Below are positions 1 through 11,705 of a stretch of DNA of 64,000 nucleotides, piece by piece. Each line of letters opens with the position of its first letter. Position 1 is the first letter of the stretch. Origin of the DNA: Ostreococcus lucimarinus (taxonomy: Eukaryota). The DNA lies in the NCBI GenBank assembly GCA_000092065.1, contig CP000590.1; one strand, written 5' to 3'. Below the pieces are notes generated by a model that had not been told where the DNA came from, ran no database searches, and saw only the letters and a program-made list of their open reading frames with translations. The position numbers and the translations under genes are program-made.

Positions 1-604
1 CTCGCTCCGCGCCGTCTCGCGCTCCCACGCCGACATGTGCTTCCCCTCGCTCGCCACCCCTCGCCACATCTGCGCGTCGAACCCCTCGCATCGAGTCCTT
101 TTCTTTCTCTCGTACGTCACGACGTCGTGATTCACGCGCGCCGCGCCGCGCGTGAACGATCGATCCCGGTCGCCGCCGTATCCGCGCGCTCGCGCCGCCT
201 CGGTCGTCTCGGACCAATCGAGCGCGTTCGCCCGCCCCCACGCCTCCGTCGCGTCGCGCCGCATCGCCTCGTCGCGCCGGTACGCGTCGTCGATCGCGTC
301 GTCCGCGATCGCGTCGTCCGCGAACGCGAACCACGCGCTGAGATCGCGCGCGTCGCTCGGCGACGCGTCGTCGAACAATCGTCGATTGGTGTCCTCGGAC
401 GCGACGACGGGCGTCTTCAGCGGCAACGCGCCGCGGTTCGCGCGCGGTTCGCGCGGCGCGCGCGCGGCGCGCGCGCGTCTCGATTTCGCGCCGCCGTAGC
501 CGCGGCCGCGGCCGCCGCCGCGCGCGCGCGCGTCGTCGTCGTCGTCGGTGACTCGCATCGAGTCGTCGCGAAGTGACTTCAGTCGGCGGCGCGCGGCGCG
601 CGGC

Positions 605-1567
605 ATGCCGCGCGACGACGCGCGCGCGAGAGACTATCGCGTGCTCTACGACCGCGACGCGCGCGCGCTGCGCGATAATCACACCGATCCGCGGACGTTT
701 CTCGCGCGCATGCGATTGAACAAAAGCGTCAAGACGCGGTCGTTCGCGACGAGCGCGCGCGCGGCGTGGACGATCTCGCAGCAGTGCGCGGTGGTGGTGA
801 TACACAGCGGCGCGCACGGCGCGATCGCGGACGGCGCGGTGCGCGCGCGGACGCTGGTGCGGTGGGAGACGCGGGCGCTGGGCGTCGGGCTGGCGGCGTG
901 GGCGCTGGGCGGCGACGGATCGAGCGCGGAGGGATCGGTGAAGCTCGGGCGCGCGGGAAGGGCGTGGCGGTCGATTCGATTGGGCGCGCTCACGCTCGGG
1001 GGGCTCGTGGCGCTGACGCCGCTGTGTCAGACGATGACGGCGGCGGTGAGCGACGATACGGCGGCGACGTGCGCGACGCTCGCGCTCGCGCTCTACGCCA
1101 TCACGTACGATTACGCGTTCGTGAATCTCGAGACGAAACAGCTCGCGAGTTCGTTTTCGCTCGGAGCGTCCATGTTCGCGTCGTTGCTCATGGCGAGTCG
1201 TTTGGACGATCCCGCGAGCGTCTTCGCCGACGTCTTGCTCGCGCTCGAGTGTTACGTGTTATCGCCGTACGTCTGGCGCGCCATTCGCGCCTTCTCCACG
1301 ACGCTTCATCTCGTCGTGGTGTTCGCACTACACATCATCGCGTTCACCGTCGCGCGGGCGCGCGACGAGACTTTGGCGTGGGCGTACGTCGTCGGCGTCT
1401 TTCTTCTCGCCGTCGTCGCGCCGGCGTCGCTCGTTCGGCTCGCCGCGAGCGGTAAGCGTCAAATCGCCGGTCCGTGGGACGAGGCGTTGCCCAAGCTGTA
1501 TTTATTCAAGGACACCGTGCGCGCGGCCGGGGTGCCGCGGTACCGCCACTGGGCGGCGAACAAGTAG
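605..1567 (+). CDS. PIGC: GPI-GlcNAc transferase subunit PIG-C/GPI2 (multi-pass membrane protein)
   Basis: True ATG at 605 inside track ORF 548..1567. Translation aligns end to end with the PIG-C family (DYRVLYDR N-terminal motif, internal FxDYxxxN and LASRL segments, C-terminal GPWDEA motif). Several hydrophobic helices. Confidence 0.7.
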   Translation: MPRDDARARDYRVLYDRDARALRDNHTDPRTFLARMRLNKSVKTRSFATSARAAWTISQQCAVVVIHSGAHGAIADGAVRARTLVRWETRALGVGLAAWALGGDGSSAEGSVKLGRAGRAWRSIRLGALTLGGLVALTPLCQTMTAAVSDDTAATCATLALALYAITYDYAFVNLETKQLASSFSLGASMFASLLMASRLDDPASVFADVLLALECYVLSPYVWRAIRAFSTTLHLVVVFALHIIAFTVARARDETLAWAYVVGVFLLAVVAPASLVRLAASGKRQIAGPWDEALPKLYLFKDTVRAAGVPRYRHWAANK

Positions 1568-1844
1568 CCTTAGCTCTCTAGCCGACGTCTCTCGCGCTCT
1601 CGCGCGCCGCGTCTGTAATTTCTTTCTTCTAAACCCTCAGTGTGGGTCCGGCGCTGAGATCGTCAGAGCGCGACGCCTCGCGCTTTCCAACTCGCGTCTT
1701 CGGCGATCGAGCGACGCAACACTTCCTCCCGCCGCGTCTCCGCGCGCGCGCTCGCCCCGAGCGCGCGCACCGCGCGCGGAAAGTGTCGTCTTCTCGAACG
1801 ATCGCGCCGAAGCACGAAATCTTGCGCGCGCATTTTCTCACGAA

Positions 1845-4800
1845 ATGAGCGTTCACGATCGGTTCCCGCACTCGACCGCGGAGCTGTGCCGCGTAAACGC
1901 GGTGCAGTTTGGGGTGTTGTCGCCCGATGAGATCGTACGTGCATCGAACGCGCGCGCGCGCGAAGCGAAGGCGCGAAAGAGCGCCGGCGCGGGAGATCTT
2001 CGAGAGGGCGAGGCGGCGAGGGCGAACGCGCGACGCGGGCGACGAAGGCGAGCGAGCGCGCACTGACCGAACGTGAAACTTTCGCGCGATAGCGTAAAAT
2101 GTCCGTGTGCGCGATCGAGACGAGCGAGACGTACGAGAAGGGTAGACCCAAGCGAGGGGGTTTGTCCGATCCGCGCATGGGGACGATGGATCGCGGCGCG
2201 GTGTGCGAGACGGACGGGTGCGACAGCGTGCAGACGCCGGGTTACTTTGGGCATCTTGAGTTGGCGAAACCGGTGTACCATCATGGGTTCATCAACGTCG
2301 TGTTGAGAATTCTGAGATGCGTCGGATACTCGTCTTCGCAATTGTTGCTGCACAAGGACGAGGACCCAAAGTTTGCGCAGTTGATGCGAATCAAGAACCC
2401 GAAAAACCGATTGAAGAAACTCACCGACGCGTGTAAAACCAAGAGCGTGTGTCCGTACACCGGGACGGCGCAACCGCAGTATCGTTTGGAGGGAATGAAG
2501 ATCACCGCCGAGTTCAAGCACCGCGACGAGGAGCTGTTGCCGGAAGGTGGCGAACGCAAGGTGATCGTCACCGCGGAGCGCGCGTTACAGATCTTGAAGG
2601 CGATTTCTGACGAGGATTGCCGTGCGCTGGGTCTCGACCCCGAGCACGCGCGTCCGGATTGGTTCATCTTGCAAGTGATGCCCGTGCCGCCGCCGCCGGT
2701 TCGTCCGTCGGTGTCGTTCGACGCTTCCACGCGCTCGGAGGACGATTTGACGGTCAAGCTCATGGAAATCGTGAGAACGAATAAAAATTTAGAGAGACAA
2801 GAACAAAATGGAGCGCCGCAGCACGTCATTTTAGAATTTACAGAGCTGCTTCAGTATCACATCATGACCTTCATGGACAACACGGTGGCTGGCATGCCGC
2901 GAGCGCTCACGCGCAGCGGCCGAAGCATTAAATCCATTTCAGAGCGTTTGAAGGGCAAGGCGGGTAGAATTCGAGGCAACTTGATGGGTAAGCGCGTGGA
3001 TTTCTCTGCGCGTACCGTCATTACGCCCGATCCAAACTTGATGCTCGACGAGCTCGGAGTTCCGTGGTCCATCGCGTTGAACATGACGTATCCGGAAACC
3101 GTGACGCCGTACAACATCGATCGCCTTCAACGATTGGTCGAGAACGGCCCGCATCCACCTCCTGGTGAGACCGGTGCGCGTTACATCATTCGTGAGGATG
3201 GTCAGCGACTCGATCTTCGCTTCTTGAAGAAGTCGAGCGAGAAGCGTCTCGAGTACGGTTACAAAGTTGAACGTCACATGGTGAACGGAGACGTCGTCCT
3301 GTTCAATCGTCAACCTTCTTTGCACAAGATGTCCATCATGGGTCATCGCGTCCGAATCATGCCTTACTCGACGTTCAGATTGAACTTGTCTGTCACGCCG
3401 CCATACAACGCTGATTTTGATGGGGATGAAATGAACATGCACCTTCCGCAGTCTTACGAGACACGCGCGGAGGTGAAGGAGTTGATGATGGTACCGAAAA
3501 TGATCGTATCGCCCCAGGCCAACAAGCCCGTGATGGCTATCGTGCAAGACACCTTGTTGGGTTGCCGCTTGATCACGAAGCGCGACACCTTCATCACAAA
3601 GGACGTCTTCATGAACATCATCATGTGGTTGGAGGATTGGGACGGGAAGGTGCCGAAGCCGGCTATCCTCAAACCCCAACCTTTGTGGACTGGTAAACAA
3701 GTGTTTTCGATGATGTTACCGAAGGTGAACTTGCTTCGCACGAGTGCGTGGGCCAAGGACTCCGACGACATGGCTTTCAGCGTGGACGACACCGGTGTCC
3801 GAATTGAACAAGGCGAATTGCTCACCGGGACGCTGTGCAAGAAGACTATGGGTAGCGGCGGTGGCGGTTTGATCCACGTGACCTGGGAAGAGTGGGGTCC
3901 CATCGCCGCACGCGGGCTCATCTCTCAGACGCAGACGCTCGTCAACTACTGGGTGCTCCACCACGGTTTCACCGTCGGCATTGCGGATACCATTGCGGAC
4001 GACGAGACAATGTTCTCCATTAACAACACCATCACCAAGGCTAAAGCTGACGTGAAGGAAGTCATCAAACTCGCACAAAACAATGAACTCGAGTTGCAAC
4101 CGGGTATGACGATGCAACAATCGTTCGAACAGAAGGTGAACCAAATCTTGAACAAGGCGCGTGATAACGCTGGTAACTCGGCGCAAAACTCGCTTATGGA
4201 TACCAACAATGTCAAGATGATGGTGACGGCCGGTTCGAAGGGTTCGTTCTTGAACATTTCGCAGATGATTGCGTGTGTAGGACAACAAAACGTAGAAGGA
4301 AAACGTATTCCGTACGGTTTCAAAGGCAGAACATTGCCGCACTTTAGCAAGGATGATTTCGGTCCCGAGTCGCGTGGTTTCGTCGAGAACTCGTATTTGC
4401 GTGGTTTGACTCCTCAGGAGTTCTTTTTCCACGCCATGGGTGGCCGAGAAGGTTTGATCGATACTGCAGTTAAGACGTCTGAAACTGGTTACATCCAACG
4501 TCGTCTTGTCAAGGCTATGGAGGACGTGGTTGTCAAGTACGACGGCACTGTGCGTAACAGCGTCGGCGACGTCATCCAGTTCTTGTACGGCGAGGACGGC
4601 ATGGACGCGACCATGATTGAAAGCCAATCCATCGATACGTTGCGTTTCAGCGTGAAGGAGTTCGCGGCGAAGTTCCACATCGATCCAGATGTCCCGGGCT
4701 TTAACAATGGCTGGTTGAGCGAGGAGCAAGCGAGCGAACTCGCGCACACTGCAAAGGTGCGCGAGATTCTTGACGCAGAATGGGATCGACTTCAGCGCGA

Positions 4801-6943
4801 CCGAGTCGAACTGCGAACGATTTGTCCCACAGGGGATCCTCACGTGCACTTACCAGTGAACATGAAGCGTATCTTGTGGAATGCACAAAAGCAGTACGGC
4901 CTGTACCGACCGGATTCTGGCGAAGAAGAGGTCAAGGTGACGCACATCATCGAGAGCGTCGCTGAACTTTTGCCGAAGCTCATCGTGGTGCCTGGTACAG
5001 ATCCGTTATCCGTCGAAGCGCAAAGAAACGGTACGATGCTATTTTTCGCGCACGTGCGCGCCAATTTGGCAGCCAAGCGCGTGCTGAAAGAACACAAGCT
5101 CACGCGCGCCGGCTTCGACTGGGTCATCGGCGAAATCGAATCACGCTTCAAGATGGCACTTGCGCCGCCCGGTGATGGTATTGGCACGGTTGCCGCGCAA
5201 TCAATCGGTGAGCCGGCGACGCAGATGACGTTGAATACGTTCCACTTCGCCGGTGTGTCCGCCAAGAACGTGACCCTTGGTGTGCCGCGCTTGAAAGAAA
5301 TCATCAACATCGCGAAGAGCATCAAGACGCCAAGCTTGACGATCGCACTCAAGCCAGAGTTAGCTGGTGACAGAACGAGAGCGAAGGACTGTCAAGCGAG
5401 CCTAGAGTACACCACGCTCCACAGCGTTGCCGCAGTCACCGAGGTTCACTACGATCCAGATCCCACGGACACTGTCATCGAGGAAGACCGCGAATTCGTT
5501 CGCGCGTACTACGAAATGCCAGACGAAGACGTTGACCCGTCGCGCATGTCCCCATGGTTGTTGCGTATCGAGCTTAACCGTGAGATGATGGTAGACAAGA
5601 AGCTCCTCATGGCGGATGTTGCGGAGAGAATCAACGAAGATTTCGCCGGCGACTTGAGCTGCATCTTCAACGACGACAACTCTGAAAAGTTGGTGTTGAG
5701 AATTAGAATCATGAACCCCGAAGGCGTGAAATACGAGGACGCCTCGACCGAGGACGAAGTATTCTTGAAGCGTCTCGAGACGCAGATGTTGAGCAACCTT
5801 GCATTGCGCGGTATTCCAGACATTAAGAAGGTTTTCATCCGCGAAGCCAAACAAAACGCCATCAACAGCAAGACGGAGCTCTTCGAGAAAACCACCGAGT
5901 GGATGTTGGACACCGAAGGCGTCAACTTGCTCGAAGTCATGGCACATCCGGACGTCGACTTCACGAGAACTACATCTAACCACTTGATTGAAGTGATTCA
6001 AGTTCTTGGCATCGAAGCGGTGCGCAATACGCTCTTGCGTGAGTTGCGTGGTGTGATTGAGTTCGACGGTTCGTACGTGAACTACAGACATCTCGCGATT
6101 CTCGTCGAAGTGATGACATACCGTGGTCACTTGATGTCGATTACGCGACACGGCATCAACCGCGTGGAGACCGGTCCGCTCATGCGCTGCAGCTTCGAAG
6201 AAACTGTCGACATTCTCATGGAGGCGTCGGCGTTCTCTGAGCGAGACAATATGACTGGGCCGAGCGAGAATATCATGCTCGGGCAGTTCTGTCCGATCGG
6301 TACCGGGGAGTTCAAGCTGCACTTGAACGACGAGTTGTTACAAGATGCAGTTGAGTTAGAACTGTTCGGGGATGGATCTAGGACCCCTGGACACGGCGGA
6401 ATGATGACGCCGGGGCGCGATGGAACGCCCGGTTGGGGATCAAAGTCGCCGAGTTTCTTGTTGAGTCCAGGTGGACATCAAAGTCCGTTCGATACAAGCA
6501 TGGCATTCTCGCCGTACTCCGATGGCATGGCGTTCTCACCGGGAATGTCCCCTGGTGGTTTTGGAGGTTACTCCCCCACGAGTCCAGCGTATTCTCCGAC
6601 GAGCCCAGCATACTCCCCCACGAGTCCGGCGTACTCGCCCACGAGCCCAGCGTACTCGCCCACGAGTCCAGCGTACTCGCCCACGAGCCCGGCTTACTCG
6701 CCCACGAGTCCAGCGTACTCCCCCACGAGTCCAGCGTACTCCCCCACGAGTCCGGCGTACTCGCCCACGAGCCCAGCGTACTCGCCCACGAGTCCAGCGT
6801 ACTCGCCCACGAGCCCGGCTTACTCGCCCACGAGTCCAGCGTACTCCCCCACGAGTCCAGCGTACTCCCCCACGAGTCCGGCGTACTCGCCCACGAGCCC
6901 AGCGTACTCCCCGAAAGAGGAAGAAGAAAACGAAGAAGAATAG
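1845..6943 (+). CDS. RPB1: DNA-directed RNA polymerase II largest subunit RPB1; exon1 1845..1934, intron 1935..2092, exon2 2093..6943
   Basis: Track ORF 2099..6943 carries all conserved RPB1 regions and the CTD. Its conserved N-terminus (RVNAVQFGVLSPDEI) is encoded upstream at 1845..1934. The two parts join through a GTACGT...CACTGAC...AG intron, giving DEI-RK-MSVCAIE in frame. Confidence 0.9.
6569..6904 (+). repeat. RPB1 CTD heptad array: 16 x YSPTSPA (21-bp units) with a 126-bp higher-order repeat (6611..6736 identical to 6737..6862)
   Basis: Direct reading of nucleotide units. Units 3-8 and 9-14 are base-for-base identical and a third copy begins at 6863. Confidence 0.9.
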
Positions 6944-7048
6944 AGGAAAGGAGACAACTGTTTGTTTTAATGCATCACTGCACAGTTACGTTGCACAAGA
7001 TTTTGTTTACAACAACTTTCGGCGCCGCGCTCGATTATAATAAACTGT

Positions 7049-8572
7049 TCACAGTTTTGACTGTGGGCGCGTCATTTCTTCAGGCTTTATCCATTCATCG
7101 AACTGTTCGTTCGTCAGTAAACCGAGCGCGATGCCAGCTTCGCGTAAAGTTAAACCTTCGGCGTGTGCTTTTTTCGAAATTTTTGCGGCGTTGTCGTACC
7201 CGATCTTCGGCAGCAAGCTGGTGACGAGCATTAAGCTGCTTCGCATGAGCGCGTCGATGCGCTCGATGTTTGGTTCGATACCAACGACGCAGTTTTGCGT
7301 GAAGCTGATGACCGAATCAGAAAGGAGCGCGATGGAGTTCAGGTTGTTGTGAGCGATCAGAGGCTTAGCTACGTTGAGCTCAAAGTGGGAGCTCGCGGAA
7401 CCGCCGATGGTGACCGCGAGATCGTTACCGATGACTTGCGCGCACACCTGCATCAGACTTTCGCACTGCGTCGGGTTCACCTTACCAGGCATGATACTGC
7501 TTCCGGGCTCGTTTTCAGGCAGCTGAAGTTCGCCGAGTCCGGCGCGAGGTCCAGAGCCGAGAAGACGAATATCGTTGGCAATTTTCAACAACGAAATCGC
7601 GATAGTCTTCAACAGACCGGACAGCGCGGACTGCGCGTCGTGTGCGGCGAGCGCCTCAAACTTATTTGGCGCGCTCACGAACGGCAAACCGGTTAATAGG
7701 GAGATTTCCGCCGCCATCGCCTCGCCGAAACCTGGTGGCGAGTTTAGCCCCGTGCCGACGGCGGTGCCGCCGATGGCGAGCTCGAGCAAGTGAATGAGCG
7801 CACCTTTGGCGCGCACGAGAGAATTCTTGCACTGTTGCTCGTACCCACTGAATTCTTGCGCGAGCGTGATCGGGACGGCGTCTTGAAGATGCGTTCTGCC
7901 GATTTTCACTATGCCTCCCCACGCGAGCACTTTCTGGTGCAACGCCTCCTGCAGCATTTTCAACGCCGGAATCAGCCGCTCTTGCACTTCGTGCGCGGTG
8001 GCGATGGACATAGCGGTCGGAAACGTATCGTTACTCGACTGCGATTTGTTGACGTGATCGTTCGGGTGAATCGGAGACTTGGTCCCGACGGCGCCGCCGA
8101 GCACGCGCGAATTCGCGTAATTCGAGATGACCTCGTTCAGATTCATGTTCGTCTGCGTCCCACTTCCCGTTTGCCACACGGCGAGCGGAAAATGATCATC
8201 CAACCGTCCCTCCACCACCTCCCGCGCCGCCTTTCGAATCGCATCCGCCAATCTCGGCTCCAGTCCCCCCGCCCGTTCGTTCACCGTCGCCGCCGCGTAC
8301 TTGACGATGGCCAAGCTTCGCACGATCGCCACCGGCATCTTCTCCCCCCCGATCCTAAAATTCTGCAGCGACCGCTGCGTCTGCGCCCCCCACAGCTTAT
8401 CCGCGGGCACGCGCACCTCTCCCATCGTGTCCGTCTCGACGCGCCACCCGCGCTCGCCCTCACCGCTCGCCGTCGTCGTCGGCGCGAGCGACGTCCCGTG
8501 CGCGACGATCCGCGTCTCGTCCCGCGCGTTCGACGCCCGCATCAGCTCCACCAACCGCTCCGCGAACGGCAT
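7049..8572 (-). CDS. FUM1: Fumarate hydratase class II (fumarase), N-terminal presequence
   Basis: ATG verified at 8572 (minus strand). [15 protein letters not shown] fumarase/aspartase signature. Family-typical N-terminus [21 protein letters not shown]. Confidence 0.9.
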   Translation of the reverse strand: MPFAERLVELMRASNARDETRIVAHGTSLAPTTTASGEGERGWRVETDTMGEVRVPADKLWGAQTQRSLQNFRIGGEKMPVAIVRSLAIVKYAAATVNERAGGLEPRLADAIRKAAREVVEGRLDDHFPLAVWQTGSGTQTNMNLNEVISNYANSRVLGGAVGTKSPIHPNDHVNKSQSSNDTFPTAMSIATAHEVQERLIPALKMLQEALHQKVLAWGGIVKIGRTHLQDAVPITLAQEFSGYEQQCKNSLVRAKGALIHLLELAIGGTAVGTGLNSPPGFGEAMAAEISLLTGLPFVSAPNKFEALAAHDAQSALSGLLKTIAISLLKIANDIRLLGSGPRAGLGELQLPENEPGSSIMPGKVNPTQCESLMQVCAQVIGNDLAVTIGGSASSHFELNVAKPLIAHNNLNSIALLSDSVISFTQNCVVGIEPNIERIDALMRSSLMLVTSLLPKIGYDNAAKISKKAHAEGLTLREAGIALGLLTNEQFDEWIKPEEMTRPQSKL

Positions 8573-8601
8573 CGCCTCTCGCGCGTCGCGTCGACCCGGT
8601 C

Positions 8602-8669
8602 GCGAGGATTCGATTCAATCCGCGTAACGACCCGCGTCGCGTCGCGCGCGCCGACTCGATCGAATCCTC
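8602..8669. repeat. 14-bp inverted repeat (CGCGAGGATTCGAT ... ATCGAATCCTCGCG) with ~40-nt spacer, 30-100 bp upstream of the fumarase start
   Basis: Read directly from the sequence. Potential stem-loop in the fumarase 5' region, which is also the divergent promoter shared with MYG1. Confidence 0.6.
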
Positions 8670-9217
8670 GCGCGCGCGTCGCGCGTCGCGCGCGTCGCGT
8701 CGCTCGCGCGCGAACGGCGCGTCGCGCCCGTTTTTTATTCGCCGTCCGCGGCGTTCGCGCGTCGACGCGTGCCGACGCCGCGTCGCGTCGCGTCGCGCGA
8801 CGCGTCGACGCGGCCGTTCGCGAATCGCGACGGTCGCGCGCGGCGCGCGAATCGACGTCGCCGCGCCCCGCGCGCGCGCGGCGCGACGCCCGCGACGCGC
8901 GCGACGGCGCGCGAAAATTTTTATCGCGCGTTTCGCGTCGACGCGCGCGCGCCGGGCGTCGCGACGGCGATGCGGCGGCGCATCGCGCGCGCATCGCGCG
9001 CGCATCGCGCGTCCGCGACGCGCGGCACTGCGCGCCTCGCGACGTCTCGCGCGTCGATCCGACCGACGCGCGCGCGGACGGACGAAGAGCTCGGCGACGC
9101 GCGCGGCGCGGACGCACGACGAGCGCGGCGCGCGTCATCGCGCGCGTCGCGCGCGCGCGCGGCGCGAGCGCGAGGGGCGCGCGCGACGGACGGCGACGCG
9201 CGGCGACGACGCGCGCG

Positions 9218-10231
9218 ATGACGAACGAGGCGAAGCGGACGAAGGCGCAGACGACGATCGCGACGCACGACGGCGCGTTTCACTGCGACGAGGCGCTCGG
9301 GTGTCACCTGCTGCGAAGGACGCGCGCGTTCGCGGGCGCGGCGATCGACCGCTCGCGAGACGGCGAGCGATGGGCCAAGGCGGACGTCGTCATCGACGTC
9401 GGCGCGGTGTACGACGCGGAGAAGAGGCTGTACGATCATCATCAGCGGGAGTTCGCGGAGACGTTCGGACGGGGGTTCGGGACGAAGCTGTCGAGCGCGG
9501 GGTTGGTGTACAAGCACTACGGGGAGGAAATCGTGCGCGAGGCGTTGACGCGAGCGAAGCGCGGCGAGGCGCCGGATGAGAAGACGGTGGAGAAGATTTA
9601 CGTGAAGATGTACGAAGAATTCATCGAGGGCGTGGACGCGATCGATAACGGGGTGAACATGTACGATACGGATGCGAAGGCAAAGTACAAGGACAACACC
9701 GGGTTGTCGGCGCGCGTCAAGCGATTGAATCCGGCGTGGGACGAGCCCAATTCGCCGGAAAAGCAAATGGAACAGTTCGAAAAGGCGGTGGCGTTGACCG
9801 GGGGTGAGTTCGACGACGTGCTCGAGTACTACGCGAGTAAGTGGCTTCCCGCGCGCTCGCACGTGGAGAGCGCGCTCGACAAGGCGAAGAGCGTGCACGA
9901 GAGCGGCGAAATTCTTTACCTCGAGACATTTTGTCCGTGGAAAGAGCACCTTTACGAGCTCGAAGCCGAACGTCAGATGACGACGTTGCCGAAGTTTGTG
10001 TTGTGGCAAGACCCCAAAGGTTTCCGCGTGAGCACGATCTCCCTCTCGCCCTCGAGTTTTGAGTTTCGCAAAGGCTTGCCTACGGCGTGGCGCGGTCTTC
10101 GCGACGATGACTTGAGCAAGGCGTCGGGGATTCCGGGATGCGTGTTCATCCACGCCGCTGGATTCATCGGTGGCAACGCCACCTACGATGGCGCGCTCGC
10201 CATGGCCGTAGCGGGCTTACAGATGGATTAG
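9218..10231 (+). CDS. MYG1: MYG1/UPF0160 family metal-dependent hydrolase
   Basis: ATG at 9218 is in frame within the long track ORF 7790..10231. The N-terminus IATHDGAFHCDEALGCHLLR is the conserved MYG1 start. The Arg-rich part of the ORF upstream of 9218 overlaps fumarase antisense and is rejected. Confidence 0.8.
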   Translation: MTNEAKRTKAQTTIATHDGAFHCDEALGCHLLRRTRAFAGAAIDRSRDGERWAKADVVIDVGAVYDAEKRLYDHHQREFAETFGRGFGTKLSSAGLVYKHYGEEIVREALTRAKRGEAPDEKTVEKIYVKMYEEFIEGVDAIDNGVNMYDTDAKAKYKDNTGLSARVKRLNPAWDEPNSPEKQMEQFEKAVALTGGEFDDVLEYYASKWLPARSHVESALDKAKSVHESGEILYLETFCPWKEHLYELEAERQMTTLPKFVLWQDPKGFRVSTISLSPSSFEFRKGLPTAWRGLRDDDLSKASGIPGCVFIHAAGFIGGNATYDGALAMAVAGLQMD

Positions 10232-10281
10232 AAGACAGACGATTTTAGAGACGCGCTTGTTGTCGTACGAACCCTCACAAC

Positions 10282-10788
10282 ATGCCTCCCAACATCCCGG
10301 GCGCGCGCCGCGGCGTGCGTCCGAGCAAAGGTTCGCGCAAAGCGAACGCCCGCGCGCACAAATTCTCCAAGCGCGCGTCCAAGCGCGGTGCGAGCGACGA
10401 CGGTCGTCCCCGTCCCCGCGGCGGCTTTGGTCTCCTGGCGCTTGTCGGCGCCGGTGTCGCCGCGCTCGTCGGTTTCGTGCTCCATCAAGCCGCGGAGTAC
10501 GAGCGCGAGAACGAGCGCGTGCGCGCGAGGCTGCGGTCGAAGCCTCGGGTGACGAGCGAGCACGCGGCGTGCCGCATGGAGTGCAGGTTCATCACGGCGG
10601 AGGAGGTCGAGCGCACGCTCGTGGACGGGAAAGTGGATGCGAGGCACAGCACGCCCAACGCGCGACCGTGTCCGAAAATAGCTCTAAACATGGGTCGCGT
10701 GCGAGCGGTTTGGGCGGATTGCGCGGACAGCACGAGGCTGGTGACGGCGATCGACGCGGAGACGAACCATCCGTGCGGGCCGTGCTGA
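10282..10788 (+). CDS. Single-pass membrane protein with C-terminal DUF4258-like domain (tentative)
   Basis: True ATG at 10282. Basic N-terminus followed by one hydrophobic helix (GGFGLLALVGAGVAALVGFVL). The C-terminal segment EHAACRMECRFITAEEVERTLVDGKV resembles the H-A-x-x-R-M-x-x-R-x-I-x-x-x-E-V motif of DUF4258, recalled from memory. Confidence 0.35.
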   Translation: MPPNIPGARRGVRPSKGSRKANARAHKFSKRASKRGASDDGRPRPRGGFGLLALVGAGVAALVGFVLHQAAEYERENERVRARLRSKPRVTSEHAACRMECRFITAEEVERTLVDGKVDARHSTPNARPCPKIALNMGRVRAVWADCADSTRLVTAIDAETNHPCGPC

Positions 10789-10882
10789 GACGCGGGACGA
10801 CGTAGTACATTTCAGAGGAGGATAGCGCGAGAGGAGAGCGATTGTAACATTAAGTAGCGCGAGGTAGAGAGATATCAAATCA

Positions 10883-11470
10883 CTATGCGGCGCGTCGCGT
10901 TTTTCCCGCACGAACGGTGGACTTTTTGACATCGCCGTCGCCGCGACTCTTCGTATTCTTCGCGCGCTTCGTCTTGGTCTTCCTCTTCTTCGGACGCTTA
11001 CGTCCGTTGGCGACCCAACGCCGAAATGCGCGCTGAATCGTGGTCGCCGAACGCACGCGCCGGAACTCTAAGAGACGCGCCTGCGCACGCGCTTCGCGCT
11101 TTGCTGCCGCCGCCCTCTCGGCGCGCTCGCGAATCGCTTCGACTTCGCTCGCCAACTGCGCGTTGGCGTTCTGAATCTCGCGCAAGACGTCGCGCGCGCC
11201 ATCACACTTCACGTCCAATGCCGACATACGCGCGCGCGACGTCGCGCAGTCTCGCTCGGATGCCGCGCCTACTGCGCGCACGGCGGCTCGGTGCCGCTCG
11301 AGCGTCGTCGCCGAGCGCGTCTCCAGCGCCTTTAACTCCCGCCTCAAGTCATCAATCTCAGCCTCTCGCGCGCGCTTCGCAAACGCACGCTCGTGCGACA
11401 ACGACTTTACGCGAACAGATATCTCGATCCTCGCCGTTCGAGCGGCGCGCGCGCGTCTACTCGCCCACAT
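10883..11470 (-). CDS. Hypothetical coiled-coil protein with IQ-like motif and Lys/Arg-rich tail
   Basis: ATG verified at 11470. Heptad-rich sequence, IQRAFRRW IQ-like motif, KKRKTKTKRAK tail. Could also be a composition artefact. Confidence 0.3.
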   Translation of the reverse strand: MWASRRARAARTARIEISVRVKSLSHERAFAKRAREAEIDDLRRELKALETRSATTLERHRAAVRAVGAASERDCATSRARMSALDVKCDGARDVLREIQNANAQLASEVEAIRERAERAAAAKREARAQARLLEFRRVRSATTIQRAFRRWVANGRKRPKKRKTKTKRAKNTKSRGDGDVKKSTVRAGKTRRAA

Positions 11471-11705
11471 TCGCTCGACCGAAAATAGAAGCCCGGTAAG
11501 ATTAGAATACCAGGCGTCTCGCGCAGCGGACGCCTCGTCGCGCGCGCGCGCCGTTCAAGGTTAAAATTCGCGAGATCAAAATCGCCACGCGCCGATTCGT
11601 CGCGCGGCGTGAGCGCGCGCGACCGCTTGAGGCCCAGCCGCGTCTTGAACTGAGGCTCGTTCGCGCCTGTAGCATACGAAACGCCACTACGACGCGTGAC
11701 GCGTC

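Noticed and set aside
6569-6904. Regularly spaced direct repeats (CTD heptads; also the microsatellites at 47300..47790) as possible CRISPR arrays
   Set aside because: The repeats are contiguous with no unique spacers and lie in frame within eukaryotic coding sequence. The genome is eukaryotic.
7790-9217. 5' two-thirds of the 813-aa track ORF 7790..10231
   Set aside because: Overlaps fumarase on the opposite strand and is Arg-rich. The MYG1 homology begins only at the in-frame ATG 9218.
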